Below are positions 1-8,993 of a stretch of 64,000 bases of DNA, piece by piece. Source of the DNA: Candidatus Latescibacterota bacterium (GTDB lineage: Bacteria > Latescibacterota > UBA2968 > UBA8231); assembly GCA_965243025.1 (NCBI GenBank), contig CBDETY010000003.1, positions 1,984,001-2,048,000 on the forward strand, in the 5' to 3' direction. Below the pieces are notes generated by a model that ran no database searches, was not told where the DNA came from, and saw only the letters and a program-made list of their open reading frames with translations. The translations under genes were made by a program, and so were the position numbers. Within the stretch, counting starts at the first letter, position 1. Each line of letters starts with the position of its first letter.

Positions 1-87
1 GACTGCCATGGGAGCGTGAATCACATCGTTTTTGGTAAGGGCCGCAGGTCTCCAGTTCGGTATTCCACGGCCCGAAGGTCAGTAAGG

Positions 88-1104
88 ATGAGTAATGGTA
101 AAAGCATCTCGTTAATTGATTTGTTCAGCATGTTTCCAGATGACGCAACCGCAGAAAAATGGTTCGAAGAGAAAAGATGGGGGAAGACCGTAGACGGCCT
201 TCCCGAATTCATATACTGCCCGCGCTGCGGCCGCTCCGACAGGGTATCGGAATGCCCCGGCCGCAAGCCCATGCCCTACTGGTGCGGCGGCTGTCGAAAG
301 CGCTTCAGCGTGCGCACGGAAGGGGGAATGTCCCACTCCAAGATCCCCTTGCGAAAATGGGCCATCGGCGTCCACCTGTACGAATCCAGACCGAAGGGAA
401 TCAGCGCCAGGCAGCTTGCGAGCGACCTCGACCTTGCGTATTCGTCGGCCTTGTTCATGCTGCACCGCCTCCGGGAAGCCTGGCCGGATCCCGAACCGCT
501 ACGCAGCAGCATGGCCGAGATAGATCAAGCCTGGTTCGCCGGAGACGATAAAAACAGGCACGCCGACAAGAAGTTTCACTGGAAATGGAGGTTTGGCAGT
601 ACCCCCGTGAGCGGAGTGCGCTGCCGGGAAACCGGCGACGTGGCCTCCAAGGTGGTCCCTGATGAGACACGCGAGACCGTGTTCCCCTTCGCCGAGGAAA
701 ACGTACGCCCGGAGGGCGCCCTTTTCAGCGACAATGCCCCGACCTTTGGCGATGGTTTCGAATGGCCGGGAAGACACGACACCGTCAACCACAAGGAGGA
801 ATACGTCAGAGGGGAGGTCCATACGAACGGCATGGAATCGTTCTGGGCCAAGGCGAAGCGAACGATATACGGGACCCACCACCACGTGTCTCCCAAGTAT
901 CTGCCCCGATACCTCAAGGAGATCACAGGCAAGCACAACATCCGCAACCTGGACCCCGAGGAGCGGATAAGGTATCTGACGGCGCGGATGATGAGGAAAC
1001 GGCTGACCTACCGGGATCTGCTGGCGACGGAGGTTCCTCCGGTTCCCTACACTCATCACCGGTCGAAGGAAAGGGCGAAACTGTTCGGATGGCCAGGAAG
1101 ATGA
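88..1104 (+). CDS. IS1595-family DDE transposase
   Basis: Zn ribbon CPRCG...WCGGCRKRFSVRT, HTH (GISARQLASDL), EID..., SDN, VNH...HTNGMESFW, HHVSPKYLPRYL. Confidence 0.93.
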   Translation: MSNGKSISLIDLFSMFPDDATAEKWFEEKRWGKTVDGLPEFIYCPRCGRSDRVSECPGRKPMPYWCGGCRKRFSVRTEGGMSHSKIPLRKWAIGVHLYESRPKGISARQLASDLDLAYSSALFMLHRLREAWPDPEPLRSSMAEIDQAWFAGDDKNRHADKKFHWKWRFGSTPVSGVRCRETGDVASKVVPDETRETVFPFAEENVRPEGALFSDNAPTFGDGFEWPGRHDTVNHKEEYVRGEVHTNGMESFWAKAKRTIYGTHHHVSPKYLPRYLKEITGKHNIRNLDPEERIRYLTARMMRKRLTYRDLLATEVPPVPYTHHRSKERAKLFGWPGR

Positions 1105-1378
1105 CATCCCGCTGCCGGTGCCTGCGGTCTTGCGCATTGCCGGCGGAACGGGAATCGATTCTCATCTGGTCTTTGGATGGAAGGCGATCATTCCGAATGG
1201 TCAGCAAGATGAAAGCCCCGCTGCACGGTGCCTCCGGTCAGTATTCTCCTACGGAGAATACCCCCGTCTTCCGCATCGCCGGCGGAACTGAATCGATGCT
1301 CATCTGGTGGAGGGAAGCGGCGAATCATGCCGAATGGTCGGCAAGGCGACATCCCTGCCGGCTGCCTCCCCTGTTGCG
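1086..1378 (+). repeat. Degenerate tandem repeat, about 108-bp unit, about 2.4 copies
   Basis: Units start at 1086, 1194 and 1331 (e.g. CGGATGGCCAGGAAGATGACATCCC and CGAATGGTCGGCAAGGCGACATCCC). Units 1 and 2 also share GCATyGCCGGCGGAAC...GAATCGATnCTCATCTGGT. Unit 2 has a 29-bp insert containing the hairpin GTATTCTCC-tac-GGAGAATAC. Confidence 0.85.
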
Positions 1379-1420
1379 CCTGGAGCTCAGGCTGCACCCG
1401 AGGAATCCTCAGTCATCCTG

Positions 1421-1830
1421 CTTGCCCTCTTGTCGACCAAGCGGGATGACTTCCTCCTCACCTCGGCGACGACGGCTTTGCAGACCCGGGGCATTCGCGC
1501 ATCCTCTCCTCCATCAGAAAGCGGCCTTTCGATCCACGGTGCCGACTTCAGGGGGGAGGTACCTGCGAGTCCGGATAGATGGGCGGATGCAGACTGCCTG
1601 ACTATGAGAACGCCATGATATGCGGTTGCGAATCGTCGACTCAGATCAGGCAAGAGTCCCGGTTCCCTCCTCGATCCGGAATCAGATCCAGCTTGCCCCT
1701 TGCCATCTTATCGACCAAACCGAATGATCCCCTCCTCACCTCGAAGACGACGGCTTTGCGAAACTCAGGGGAATCCGCGCATCCCTCCACGATTAGGGCG
1801 GTGGCCTTCCCGATCCAGGGTGCCAATCTG
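1421..1830 (+). repeat. Diverged direct repeat of about 125 bp, two copies (1421-1546 and 1699-1826)
   Basis: Shared CTTGCCnTCTTrTCGACCAA...CCTCCTCACCTCGnnGACGACGGCTTTGC...CGCGCATC...CGATCCAnGGTGCC. Confidence 0.85.
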
Positions 1831-1947
1831 GCAGGCTTCTCCGGTCAGCACGCAATCATGTGGAATTGCCAGCCAGTCGACATCCCCCATCTCCCGGCTA
1901 TTACAGTGGGACGAAGGATGTCCGTTTCTCTGCAATTTCTCTACTAT

Positions 1948-1956
1948 ATTATACCA
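1948..1956 (-). promoter_or_regulatory. Extended -10 promoter (TGGTATAAT) inside the IS right end, pointing inward
   Basis: Perfect TGnTATAAT in an AT-rich patch on the minus strand. Confidence 0.55.
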
Positions 1957-2021
1957 GATTTTATTTAAATTCGCGGATGAGATCACTAAAATTCCCTTGC
2001 GCAGTTATCTATATAATTCCC

Positions 2022-2216
2022 CTCGTAGCAGTCGTCGAGGGCGTCGATGCTCTCGAAGTCGGGAGAGGGCGGCCACAACAGGTTGCCGTCCGGCTTCGTG
2101 TATCTCTCCAGCACCCGGGGCGCCGCCTCCTCGATGGCGTCGAACAGCCGGCGCTGAAGAACCGCCCAGCGCGGCGGGTCGGGCGCGGGCTCGCGGGCCT
2201 CGATTGTGACGGTCAT
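2022..2216 (-). pseudogene. 5' fragment of a hypothetical protein interrupted by the IS
   Basis: MTVTIEAREPAPDPPRWAVLQRRLFDAIEE...DALDDCYE has host-like codon usage and ends exactly at the IS terminal motif. Confidence 0.75.
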
Positions 2217-2468
2217 GCTGCGGCTCCCCGGTTGCGCATAGGGCATGGCCCGGTTGCGCGTTCAACACCCCCCGGGCCGATACGCCGGGGGCATCTCTCC
2301 CTGCGCGACATTTCCGGGCGGCGGTTCAATCGGTCGGTGGACGAATGGCCGGTCGATATTGTACGTGATGCCGGAAGGTCCACTCAGGTATATTCTTCCC
2401 GGAATGAATCATTTCTCTGATCTGGCAACCGGCGGCGCCCGGAAAACGGCGGGTACCCGGGCAACGGC

Positions 2469-3410
2469 ATGAGTCCGCTCCCTCGATTCACCGGACTGGA
2501 GGCAGCCGGCGCGCCGGACGCGGCCTCCGTCGACGCCATCGCCGCGGCGGCCCTCGCCGAGGACCTCGGCTCTTGGGAACCCTCCCCGGAGGCGGACCTG
2601 ACCACGGCCTGGACGGTCGCCCCGCAGGCGCGGGCGCGGGCCCGCATCGTCGCCCGGCAGCGGGGGGTGATCGCCGGCCTGCCGGTCGCCTGCGCGGTCT
2701 TCCGCCGCCTCGACGGCTCGCTGCAGTTCGGCCGCCTCGCCGCCGAGGGCGGCATCGCCGAGGCGGGTGAAACCGTCGCCGAGGTGTCGGGGGCGGCCCG
2801 TTCCCTGCTGGTCGGGGAGCGCACCGCCCTCAACCTGCTGCAGCGCCTCTCGGGAACCGCCACCCTGACCCGCGGCTTCGTCACCGCCATCGCCGGCACC
2901 GGGGTGCGCGTCACCGATACCCGCAAGACCACCCCCGGCCTGAGGCAGCTGGAAAAGTACGCGGTCCGCTGCGGGGGGGGCGTCAACCATCGCCACGGCC
3001 TCTACGACGCCGTCCTGATAAAGGAGAACCATGCGGCCGCCGCCGGGGGCAGCGCCGCGGCGGTGCGGCTGGCCCGGGAAGGGGCGGCAAAGGCTGGTGC
3101 CGAAGGGGCCGCTCCCCCGCACCTCATGGTGGAAGCCCGCGACCTCGACGAGGTGCGCGAGCTCACCGCCCTGGAACGCGGCCTGCGGCCGGACCGGATC
3201 CTGCTCGACAACATGCCCCCCGAGGCAATCCGGGAGGCGGTGGCGCTGATCCGCCCGCTCGATCCGCCCATCGAGATCGAGGCGACCGGCGGCATCGGCC
3301 TCCACAACGTCCGCGACATCGCCCTGACCGGGGTCGACCTGGTCTCGATCGGGGCCCTCACCCACTCGGCTCCCGCCCTCGACCTCAGCCTGCTGTTCGA
3401 ACGCGCCTGA
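2469..3410 (+). CDS. nadC: Quinolinate phosphoribosyltransferase
   Basis: ERTALNLLQRLSG, DTRKTTPGLR, HRHGLYDAVLIKENH, ILLDN, SIGALTHS. Confidence 0.95.
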   Translation: MSPLPRFTGLEAAGAPDAASVDAIAAAALAEDLGSWEPSPEADLTTAWTVAPQARARARIVARQRGVIAGLPVACAVFRRLDGSLQFGRLAAEGGIAEAGETVAEVSGAARSLLVGERTALNLLQRLSGTATLTRGFVTAIAGTGVRVTDTRKTTPGLRQLEKYAVRCGGGVNHRHGLYDAVLIKENHAAAAGGSAAAVRLAREGAAKAGAEGAAPPHLMVEARDLDEVRELTALERGLRPDRILLDNMPPEAIREAVALIRPLDPPIEIEATGGIGLHNVRDIALTGVDLVSIGALTHSAPALDLSLLFERA

Positions 3411-3428
3411 AACCGGCCCGGCCCGGCT

Positions 3429-4172
3429 TCACCCGAACGGCTTCAGCGCCCGGATGGCGAGCACCTGCCCGGCGATCTCGTCCGCCGAGGCGTCGAGCAT
3501 GCGCTCTCCCTTGTCCGCGGTGGCGGGCCGGGGGTCGCCGACCCCGCCGTGGCGGGTGCGCTGGTCGAAGCGGTGGTAGGAGGACATGCCGGGAACCCGC
3601 ATCCCCTCGCGCTCGCCGTCGGGGTCCAGCTGGTCGGTGTGGACCAGGTCTGGCCGGAGCGCCAGGATCATCGACGTCTCCGTCTCCCCGGCGTGCCCGG
3701 ATCCGTGCGGCAGGTCGCGGATCCGGTTGAGGGTGTCGGCGTCGGCCCAGGCCCAGCGCGAATAAAATTCCGCCTCCCCTTCCGGGTAGCGCTCCATCAG
3801 CCGCTGCAGGAGCACCTGGATGTTGGCGCCGTTGCCGCCGTGGCTGTTCTGGATCAGGATCTTGCGGAAGCCGCTGCCGACCATGGAGGCGACGATGTCC
3901 ATCATCAGCAGCAGGTGGGTCTCGCTGACGGCGCTGACCGTGCCCGGGTAGCGGATGTGGTGCTGCGAGTACCCCAGCCACTGCACCGGCAGCACGAGCA
4001 CGTCGTCGGGGATGCGCTCGTGGACCCGCCGCGCCACCTCCTCCCCGATCATGCTGTCGGTCAGCACCGGCAGGTGCAGGCTGTGCTGCTCGCACGAGGC
4101 GACCGGGATGTAGACGACAATGTCGCGCGGCAGCGCGTCGATCCGGGGCGAGGTCATTTCGCCGAGGAGCAT
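3429..4172 (-). CDS. Creatininase-family amidohydrolase
   Basis: EQHSLHLPVLTD, NSHGGN, HAGETETS; SD GAAAGGA upstream of ATG 4172. Confidence 0.9.
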   Translation of the reverse strand: MLLGEMTSPRIDALPRDIVVYIPVASCEQHSLHLPVLTDSMIGEEVARRVHERIPDDVLVLPVQWLGYSQHHIRYPGTVSAVSETHLLLMMDIVASMVGSGFRKILIQNSHGGNGANIQVLLQRLMERYPEGEAEFYSRWAWADADTLNRIRDLPHGSGHAGETETSMILALRPDLVHTDQLDPDGEREGMRVPGMSSYHRFDQRTRHGGVGDPRPATADKGERMLDASADEIAGQVLAIRALKPFG

Positions 4173-4186
4173 GGTGCAGGTCCTTT

Positions 4187-5206
4187 CTATTTGAACGCCG
4201 GCTTCACCGGGGCCGAGCCCCGGGCGGCGGAGAGGTTGGCCGCCTCGAGCACCCCGATGACGCGGGCCGCGGACTGGGCGGTTACCGCCAGCTTCGCCCT
4301 CCCCTGCAGGTGGCGGTACACGTTGGCGTAGAACAGCTCGGCGGTCGGCAGCCGCTCCGGCACCGGGACCACGGCGCTCATCTGCCTGCCGTTGACGAGG
4401 GCGCGCAGCAGGAAGCCCTCCTCGACCGCCTCGATGGCGCCGCGGTCGCCGAGGACGCGCCAACGGGGCCGGGGGCTCATCGACAGGTTCGATATGGTCT
4501 GCGTCACCTCGCAGCCCCCCTTGAACTTCAGGGTGTACTCGGAGTGGTCCTCGTTGGTGTACGACCCCCAGGCCGGGTTCTTGACCTGGAAGCCGCTGAC
4601 CCAGTCGATCTCGTCCCCGACCAGCTGCAGGACCCAGTCGGTGAAGTGGGCGCCCCAGTCGTAGATGGCGCCCCCGGAGACCTTCTTGTCCGAGCGCCAC
4701 CAGGCCCCCGACTCCCCGTACCTGTAGAAGCCGCACTCGATCCGGAACGGCTCGCCGATGGCCTTCTCCTTGTGAATCAAATCACGTAGAAGCAGGAAGT
4801 CGGTGTCCCAGCGTCGGTTGTGAAAGGTCGAAAGCATGACCTTGCGGCGCTTCGACAGGGCGATCATCTCCCTGATCTCCCGGCTGGTGATCGCCAGGGG
4901 CTTCTCGCAGACCACGCCCGCCCCGGCGTCGAGGCACTGCAGCACCAGCCTGGCGTGGGTGTTGTGCGGGGTGATCACGGCGACGAGATCGAGCTCGGCG
5001 CGGCGCAGCATGTCCCCGACGCGGCTGTAGACCGTCGCCCCCGGCCAGTCCCGGGCGGCCGCGGCCCGGTATTCGGGATTGAGATCGCAGACCGCGGCCG
5101 CCTCCATCCCCGGGTTCTTCGTCATCGCCTCCAGGTGGAGCCGCCCCATGTTGAATGCCGGACTGTACCCGATCGCACCGCATCGAAACCTCTTCTTCGG
5201 ACTCAC
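4187..5206 (-). CDS. Gfo/Idh/MocA oxidoreductase
   Basis: VCEKPLA, FHNRRWD, GGAIYDWGAHFTD. Confidence 0.92.
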   Translation of the reverse strand: MSPKKRFRCGAIGYSPAFNMGRLHLEAMTKNPGMEAAAVCDLNPEYRAAAARDWPGATVYSRVGDMLRRAELDLVAVITPHNTHARLVLQCLDAGAGVVCEKPLAITSREIREMIALSKRRKVMLSTFHNRRWDTDFLLLRDLIHKEKAIGEPFRIECGFYRYGESGAWWRSDKKVSGGAIYDWGAHFTDWVLQLVGDEIDWVSGFQVKNPAWGSYTNEDHSEYTLKFKGGCEVTQTISNLSMSPRPRWRVLGDRGAIEAVEEGFLLRALVNGRQMSAVVPVPERLPTAELFYANVYRHLQGRAKLAVTAQSAARVIGVLEAANLSAARGSAPVKPAFK

Positions 5207-5251
5207 GTTCTTCTCCTCATCCTCCTCGCCGCGGACCCCTGCCGCGGGTTT

Positions 5252-6493
5252 TCAGAAATGGTCGGGGGCCCAGTAGATGACCTGGCCCCGCGGAAAAAGG
5301 GCCGCCAGCAGCCGGGACTGCGCCGGATCGACCGCCTCCCCGCGGGCAGCCGGGGAAGCCTCGATGTCGGACCAGCCGCTCTCCCCCAGCAGCAGGCGCC
5401 ACAGCATCTCGCCGCTCAACGGCAAGGCCGGTCCCGCGGGCGGCCGCGGATCGAGAAGCAGCCGTCCTTGCGAATCGAGCGCCAGGGAGGAGCGCTCCCC
5501 TCCGGCCTCGAAGAGCAGCGCCGCCGGCCCCGGGGAAGCGAACTCCACCCGCTGACGCAGCTCCGGCAGCAGGGCGGAGAGCAATCCGGATAGGTCCAGC
5601 GCCTTCCACATGGTGGTGGCGTTCCCGGTCAGCTCGAGATCCCCGCCGCAGTACTCGCAGAGCAGATCGACGACCGGGTGCCGGTGCGGCAGCTCCCCGA
5701 CGATCTCGCCGGCCCCCTGCGCGGCGCACTCCCGCAGGAAATGCCGCACCAGGGCATCGGTCGCGGTTGCCGCGGCCGCGTCGAGGGCCAGCTCGCACAC
5801 TTCCGCCTGCCCGCCGTCGATCTCGTAGTTGAGGTAGCCGCGCAGGTTCCCCCCGGCGTCGAGGGCGACCGCGGCCGGAAGGATTCCCCGGATCCTCGCC
5901 GGCTGCGAGTCCCAGTAGGGCCGGTCCCTGACCAGGGAGCCGCTGAGGCCGGCGTTGTACCTGTCGTACAGCGCCATCACCGCCTCGAGGTCGCGGGCTT
6001 CGTCGAAGGCTTCGACCCGCCACTCCCCAGCGCCCTCTCCGAGCTCCGGAAGGGTTGCGCGGGCGTCCGGGGCGGCAATGCGGAACCCCGGCATCGGCAC
6101 GCTCCCCCAACCGTGTCGGCGGTAGAATTCCGTGGCCACCTCGGTGAAGAGAACGCTGGTGAGGTAGCCGCGGCCCCGCATCCAGTCGATGGCATCCCTG
6201 AGCAGTGCCGAGGCATGGCCGCGGCGGCGGTGGTCCGGATGGGTCCCGACCCCGCCGATCCCCCCCATCCTCACCGCGGTTTCCCCGACCCGGACGGTGC
6301 GGTCCCAGACTCGCAGGGTGGCGACGATCCCGCCGTCGACGACCACGACCCGGGTCTGCTCGAGCTCGTAGGAGGAATCGCCGCGGATGTAGGCGTTGTA
6401 GCGTTCGTGGCCGCGGGGGCGGAAGACCAGGCACTGGAGCTCGATCATCTCCTCGAGCTCCTGCTCGCGGACGGCGCGGATCTCCACGGTCAT
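5252..6493 (-). CDS. Eis-like GNAT acetyltransferase with C-terminal SCP2-like domain
   Basis: GGIGGVGTHPDHRRRGHAS, FYRRHGW, tandem GNAT layout, C-terminal WAPDHF; start overlaps the amidase stop. Confidence 0.88.
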   Translation of the reverse strand: MTVEIRAVREQELEEMIELQCLVFRPRGHERYNAYIRGDSSYELEQTRVVVVDGGIVATLRVWDRTVRVGETAVRMGGIGGVGTHPDHRRRGHASALLRDAIDWMRGRGYLTSVLFTEVATEFYRRHGWGSVPMPGFRIAAPDARATLPELGEGAGEWRVEAFDEARDLEAVMALYDRYNAGLSGSLVRDRPYWDSQPARIRGILPAAVALDAGGNLRGYLNYEIDGGQAEVCELALDAAAATATDALVRHFLRECAAQGAGEIVGELPHRHPVVDLLCEYCGGDLELTGNATTMWKALDLSGLLSALLPELRQRVEFASPGPAALLFEAGGERSSLALDSQGRLLLDPRPPAGPALPLSGEMLWRLLLGESGWSDIEASPAARGEAVDPAQSRLLAALFPRGQVIYWAPDHF

Positions 6494-7896
6494 GCCAGGG
6501 GCGGACGCCGGTGCGCCCATGGGGCGATGCGCTCGAAAGCGGCGGAGGCGCGCAGGACCTCGGCGTCCCGGCGCCAGCGGCCAACGATCTGGAGGCCGGC
6601 CGGCAGACCGTCGACGAACCCGCAGGGAACGGTCGCCGCCGGCTGTCCGGTGATGTTGAACGGGTAGGTGAAGGCCGTCCAGCCGAGATAGGTGGGCGGG
6701 CTGCCGGCGATCTCCCCGGGATGGTCTCTGCCGGCGGGAAAGGCGGTCACCGGAAGGGCCGGAGTCATGACGAAATCGTAGCGCTCCATGAAGCGGCGCC
6801 AGTCGTGGTAGTAGTCGATGCGGCGGGCGTGCGCCGCCCCGACCTCGGGGCCGGAGCAGCGGGCCCCGGCCTCGATCACCGCGGCGAGGCCCGGGTCGAG
6901 GCGGTCCTTCACGGACTCGAAGTCGTCGTGGAACAGCCCGGCGAACGAGGTCGACCACAAGACGTCGACGATCCGCTCCCAGGGGTCGCCGAGGTCGGGG
7001 TGGTCCTCCTCGATGCGGCAGCCGAGCCCGGCGAAGCGCTGCGCCGCTGCCTCGGCGGCGGCGGCCACCTCCGGTTCGACCGCGGCGTACCCGAGATCCG
7101 GCGACCAGGCGATGCGGATGCCGGACCAGTCGACCTCCTCCCCGAGGGCGGCGGAGAAATCGGTGGCGCAGGGAAGGGAGGCGCGGTCGCGGGGGTCCTC
7201 CCCGGCCATGACCGTGAGCATGGCCGCGGCATCGGCGACGCTGCGGGTGATCGGACCCATGTGGGAGAACGGCTCGACGGCGCTGGCCGGGTACTGGGGA
7301 ACCAGGGACCAGGAGGGCTTGAACCCGTAGACCCCGCACATGCAGGCCGGAATCCGTATCGACCCGGCGCCGTCCGACCCCTGGGCCAGCGGCCCGAACC
7401 CGGCGGCGGCAGCGGCCGCGGCGCCCCCGCTCGATCCGCCCGCGGTGCGCCCCCGGCGCCAGGGGTTGTGGGTCGGGCCGGCGACGCGGTTGTCCGTGTC
7501 CCCCTTCCACCCCATCTCCGGGGTGTTGGTCTTGCCCAGCAGCACTCCCCCGGCCGCGTACAGCCTCTCGGCAACCGGGGCGTCGTAGCCGGGGACCCAG
7601 TCCCGGTACAGCTCCGAGCCCCGCGTCGTCCGTATCCCCCGGGTCGGGGTGAGGTCCTTGAGGGTGAAGGGGATGCCTGCCAGCGGCCCGGCATGGCCCC
7701 GGGCGTAGGCGGTCTCGGCGGCGCGGGCCTGGCGCAGGGCGAGCTCGGGGGTGACGGTCACGAAGGCGTTGATGCCGGGGTCGGCGGTCTCGACATGGTC
7801 GAGAATGGCCCGGACCGCCTCGACCGGGGAGAGGCGGCGGGAAGCGTACAGCTCGCGCAGTTCCGCAACCGTCGAGAAACAGAGGTCGGAAGCCAC
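6490..7896 (-). CDS. Amidase signature family protein
   Basis: GKTNTPE, GGSSGG, GSDGAGSIRIP, FNITGQPA. Confidence 0.95.
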   Translation of the reverse strand: MASDLCFSTVAELRELYASRRLSPVEAVRAILDHVETADPGINAFVTVTPELALRQARAAETAYARGHAGPLAGIPFTLKDLTPTRGIRTTRGSELYRDWVPGYDAPVAERLYAAGGVLLGKTNTPEMGWKGDTDNRVAGPTHNPWRRGRTAGGSSGGAAAAAAAGFGPLAQGSDGAGSIRIPACMCGVYGFKPSWSLVPQYPASAVEPFSHMGPITRSVADAAAMLTVMAGEDPRDRASLPCATDFSAALGEEVDWSGIRIAWSPDLGYAAVEPEVAAAAEAAAQRFAGLGCRIEEDHPDLGDPWERIVDVLWSTSFAGLFHDDFESVKDRLDPGLAAVIEAGARCSGPEVGAAHARRIDYYHDWRRFMERYDFVMTPALPVTAFPAGRDHPGEIAGSPPTYLGWTAFTYPFNITGQPAATVPCGFVDGLPAGLQIVGRWRRDAEVLRASAAFERIAPWAHRRPPLA

Positions 7897-8012
7897 TGGC
7901 TACACCCTTGCCGCGGGGCCGGAACCACCGACCACCGGGGCTACCTCGGCGAACCGCCCGGCTGGCATCGGCCCGGTGCCTTCGCTCTCGTGGTAGAGAT
8001 CGGAAGCCAACG

Positions 8013-8756
8013 CTACTCCCCTGCCCCCGGGCCGGGGTTTCCTGCATCCTGAGCCGCCTCGGCGAAGCGGCGGGCAAGCTTCGGCCCCAGGCCTTCGCTC
8101 TCGTGCTTGAAGAAGACGAAGGCGCGGTCCCAGGACTGCTCCCTCACCCGGTCCGCCCAGGCGCGCAGCTCGTCGTCGCCGTAGCCGCTGCCCCGCAGCC
8201 GCAGGTACCCCCAGGAGGAGGTGGCGGCGAACTTGCGCTCGGTCTCCCCGGCGGTGTCCTCGTCTTCGTGGGCGAAGCACAGGGCGACGTTCTTCGACTG
8301 CAGGCAGGCCTTGACCTCGTCGTCGAACCAGCTCTCGTGGCGGAACTCCATGGCCGCCGGGGCCCCGTCGGGGAGGACCTCGAGGAACGCCTTCAGACGG
8401 TCGATGTCCTTCCTGAGGGTCGGCGGCAGCTGGAACAGGAGGGCGCCGAGGGCCGGGCCGAGATTGGAGGCGATGTCGATGAAATACCCCGTTTCCTCCT
8501 CGACCCCCTTGAGCCGTTTCAGGTGGGTGATCCGGCGCGTCGCCTTCATCGAGAAGCGGAAGTTCCCCGGCACCCGCTCCGCCCACGAGACGACCACGTC
8601 CGGCTTCGGCACCCGGTAGAAGCTGTTGTTGATCTCGACGCTGTTGAACCGCTGCCCGTAGAAATCCAGCATCTCCCTGTCGGGGAACTTCTCCGGGTAG
8701 AACGGCCCCTTCCACTCCTTGTAGTTGTAGCCGCTGGTGCCGATGTAGAGATCCAC
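8013..8756 (-). CDS. DUF72-domain protein
   Basis: IGTSGYNY..W.G.FYP, VEINNSFYR, LFQLPP, EFRHESW, YLRLR. Confidence 0.93.
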   Translation of the reverse strand: MDLYIGTSGYNYKEWKGPFYPEKFPDREMLDFYGQRFNSVEINNSFYRVPKPDVVVSWAERVPGNFRFSMKATRRITHLKRLKGVEEETGYFIDIASNLGPALGALLFQLPPTLRKDIDRLKAFLEVLPDGAPAAMEFRHESWFDDEVKACLQSKNVALCFAHEDEDTAGETERKFAATSSWGYLRLRGSGYGDDELRAWADRVREQSWDRAFVFFKHESEGLGPKLARRFAEAAQDAGNPGPGAGE

Positions 8757-8993
8757 GCGAAATGTCCCTTCGATCAACGGGGTCGGAAATCGGCGGGTAA
8801 GCTACGGAAAACGCCGAAACGGAGCAGCGGGATCTGCCGGAAAGGGACCGGGGTGTCCATTCCATGCGTGCCGGTTGGCACTGCACCGGGGGGTGAGGAG
8901 AGGGAAGCCCGGCCTCGACGGCGATTTGTGCGGGTAGTCTGAAACCGCTTTTTTCGACCACTTCCCGCCCAAGACAAACCCGAAAAAAATCGA

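Larger units (their letters stand above)
1..2021 (+). mobile_element. IS1595-family insertion sequence (ISNwi1-like end); left end probably outside the window
   Basis: Transposase at 88-1104. The minus strand from 2021 reads GGGAATTATATAGATAACTG, matching the ggnnatTAT terminal motif of the ISNwi1 group. The junction falls exactly where the flanking gene is cut. Confidence 0.8.

Noticed and set aside
1086-1890. CRISPR-like array within the IS
   Set aside because: Spacing is irregular (108, 137, 531 bp) and the intervening sequences are homologous.
3429-4172. Mycofactocin peptidase MftE
   Set aside because: No mftA/B/C or radical SAM gene is nearby, so only the creatininase family call is supported.
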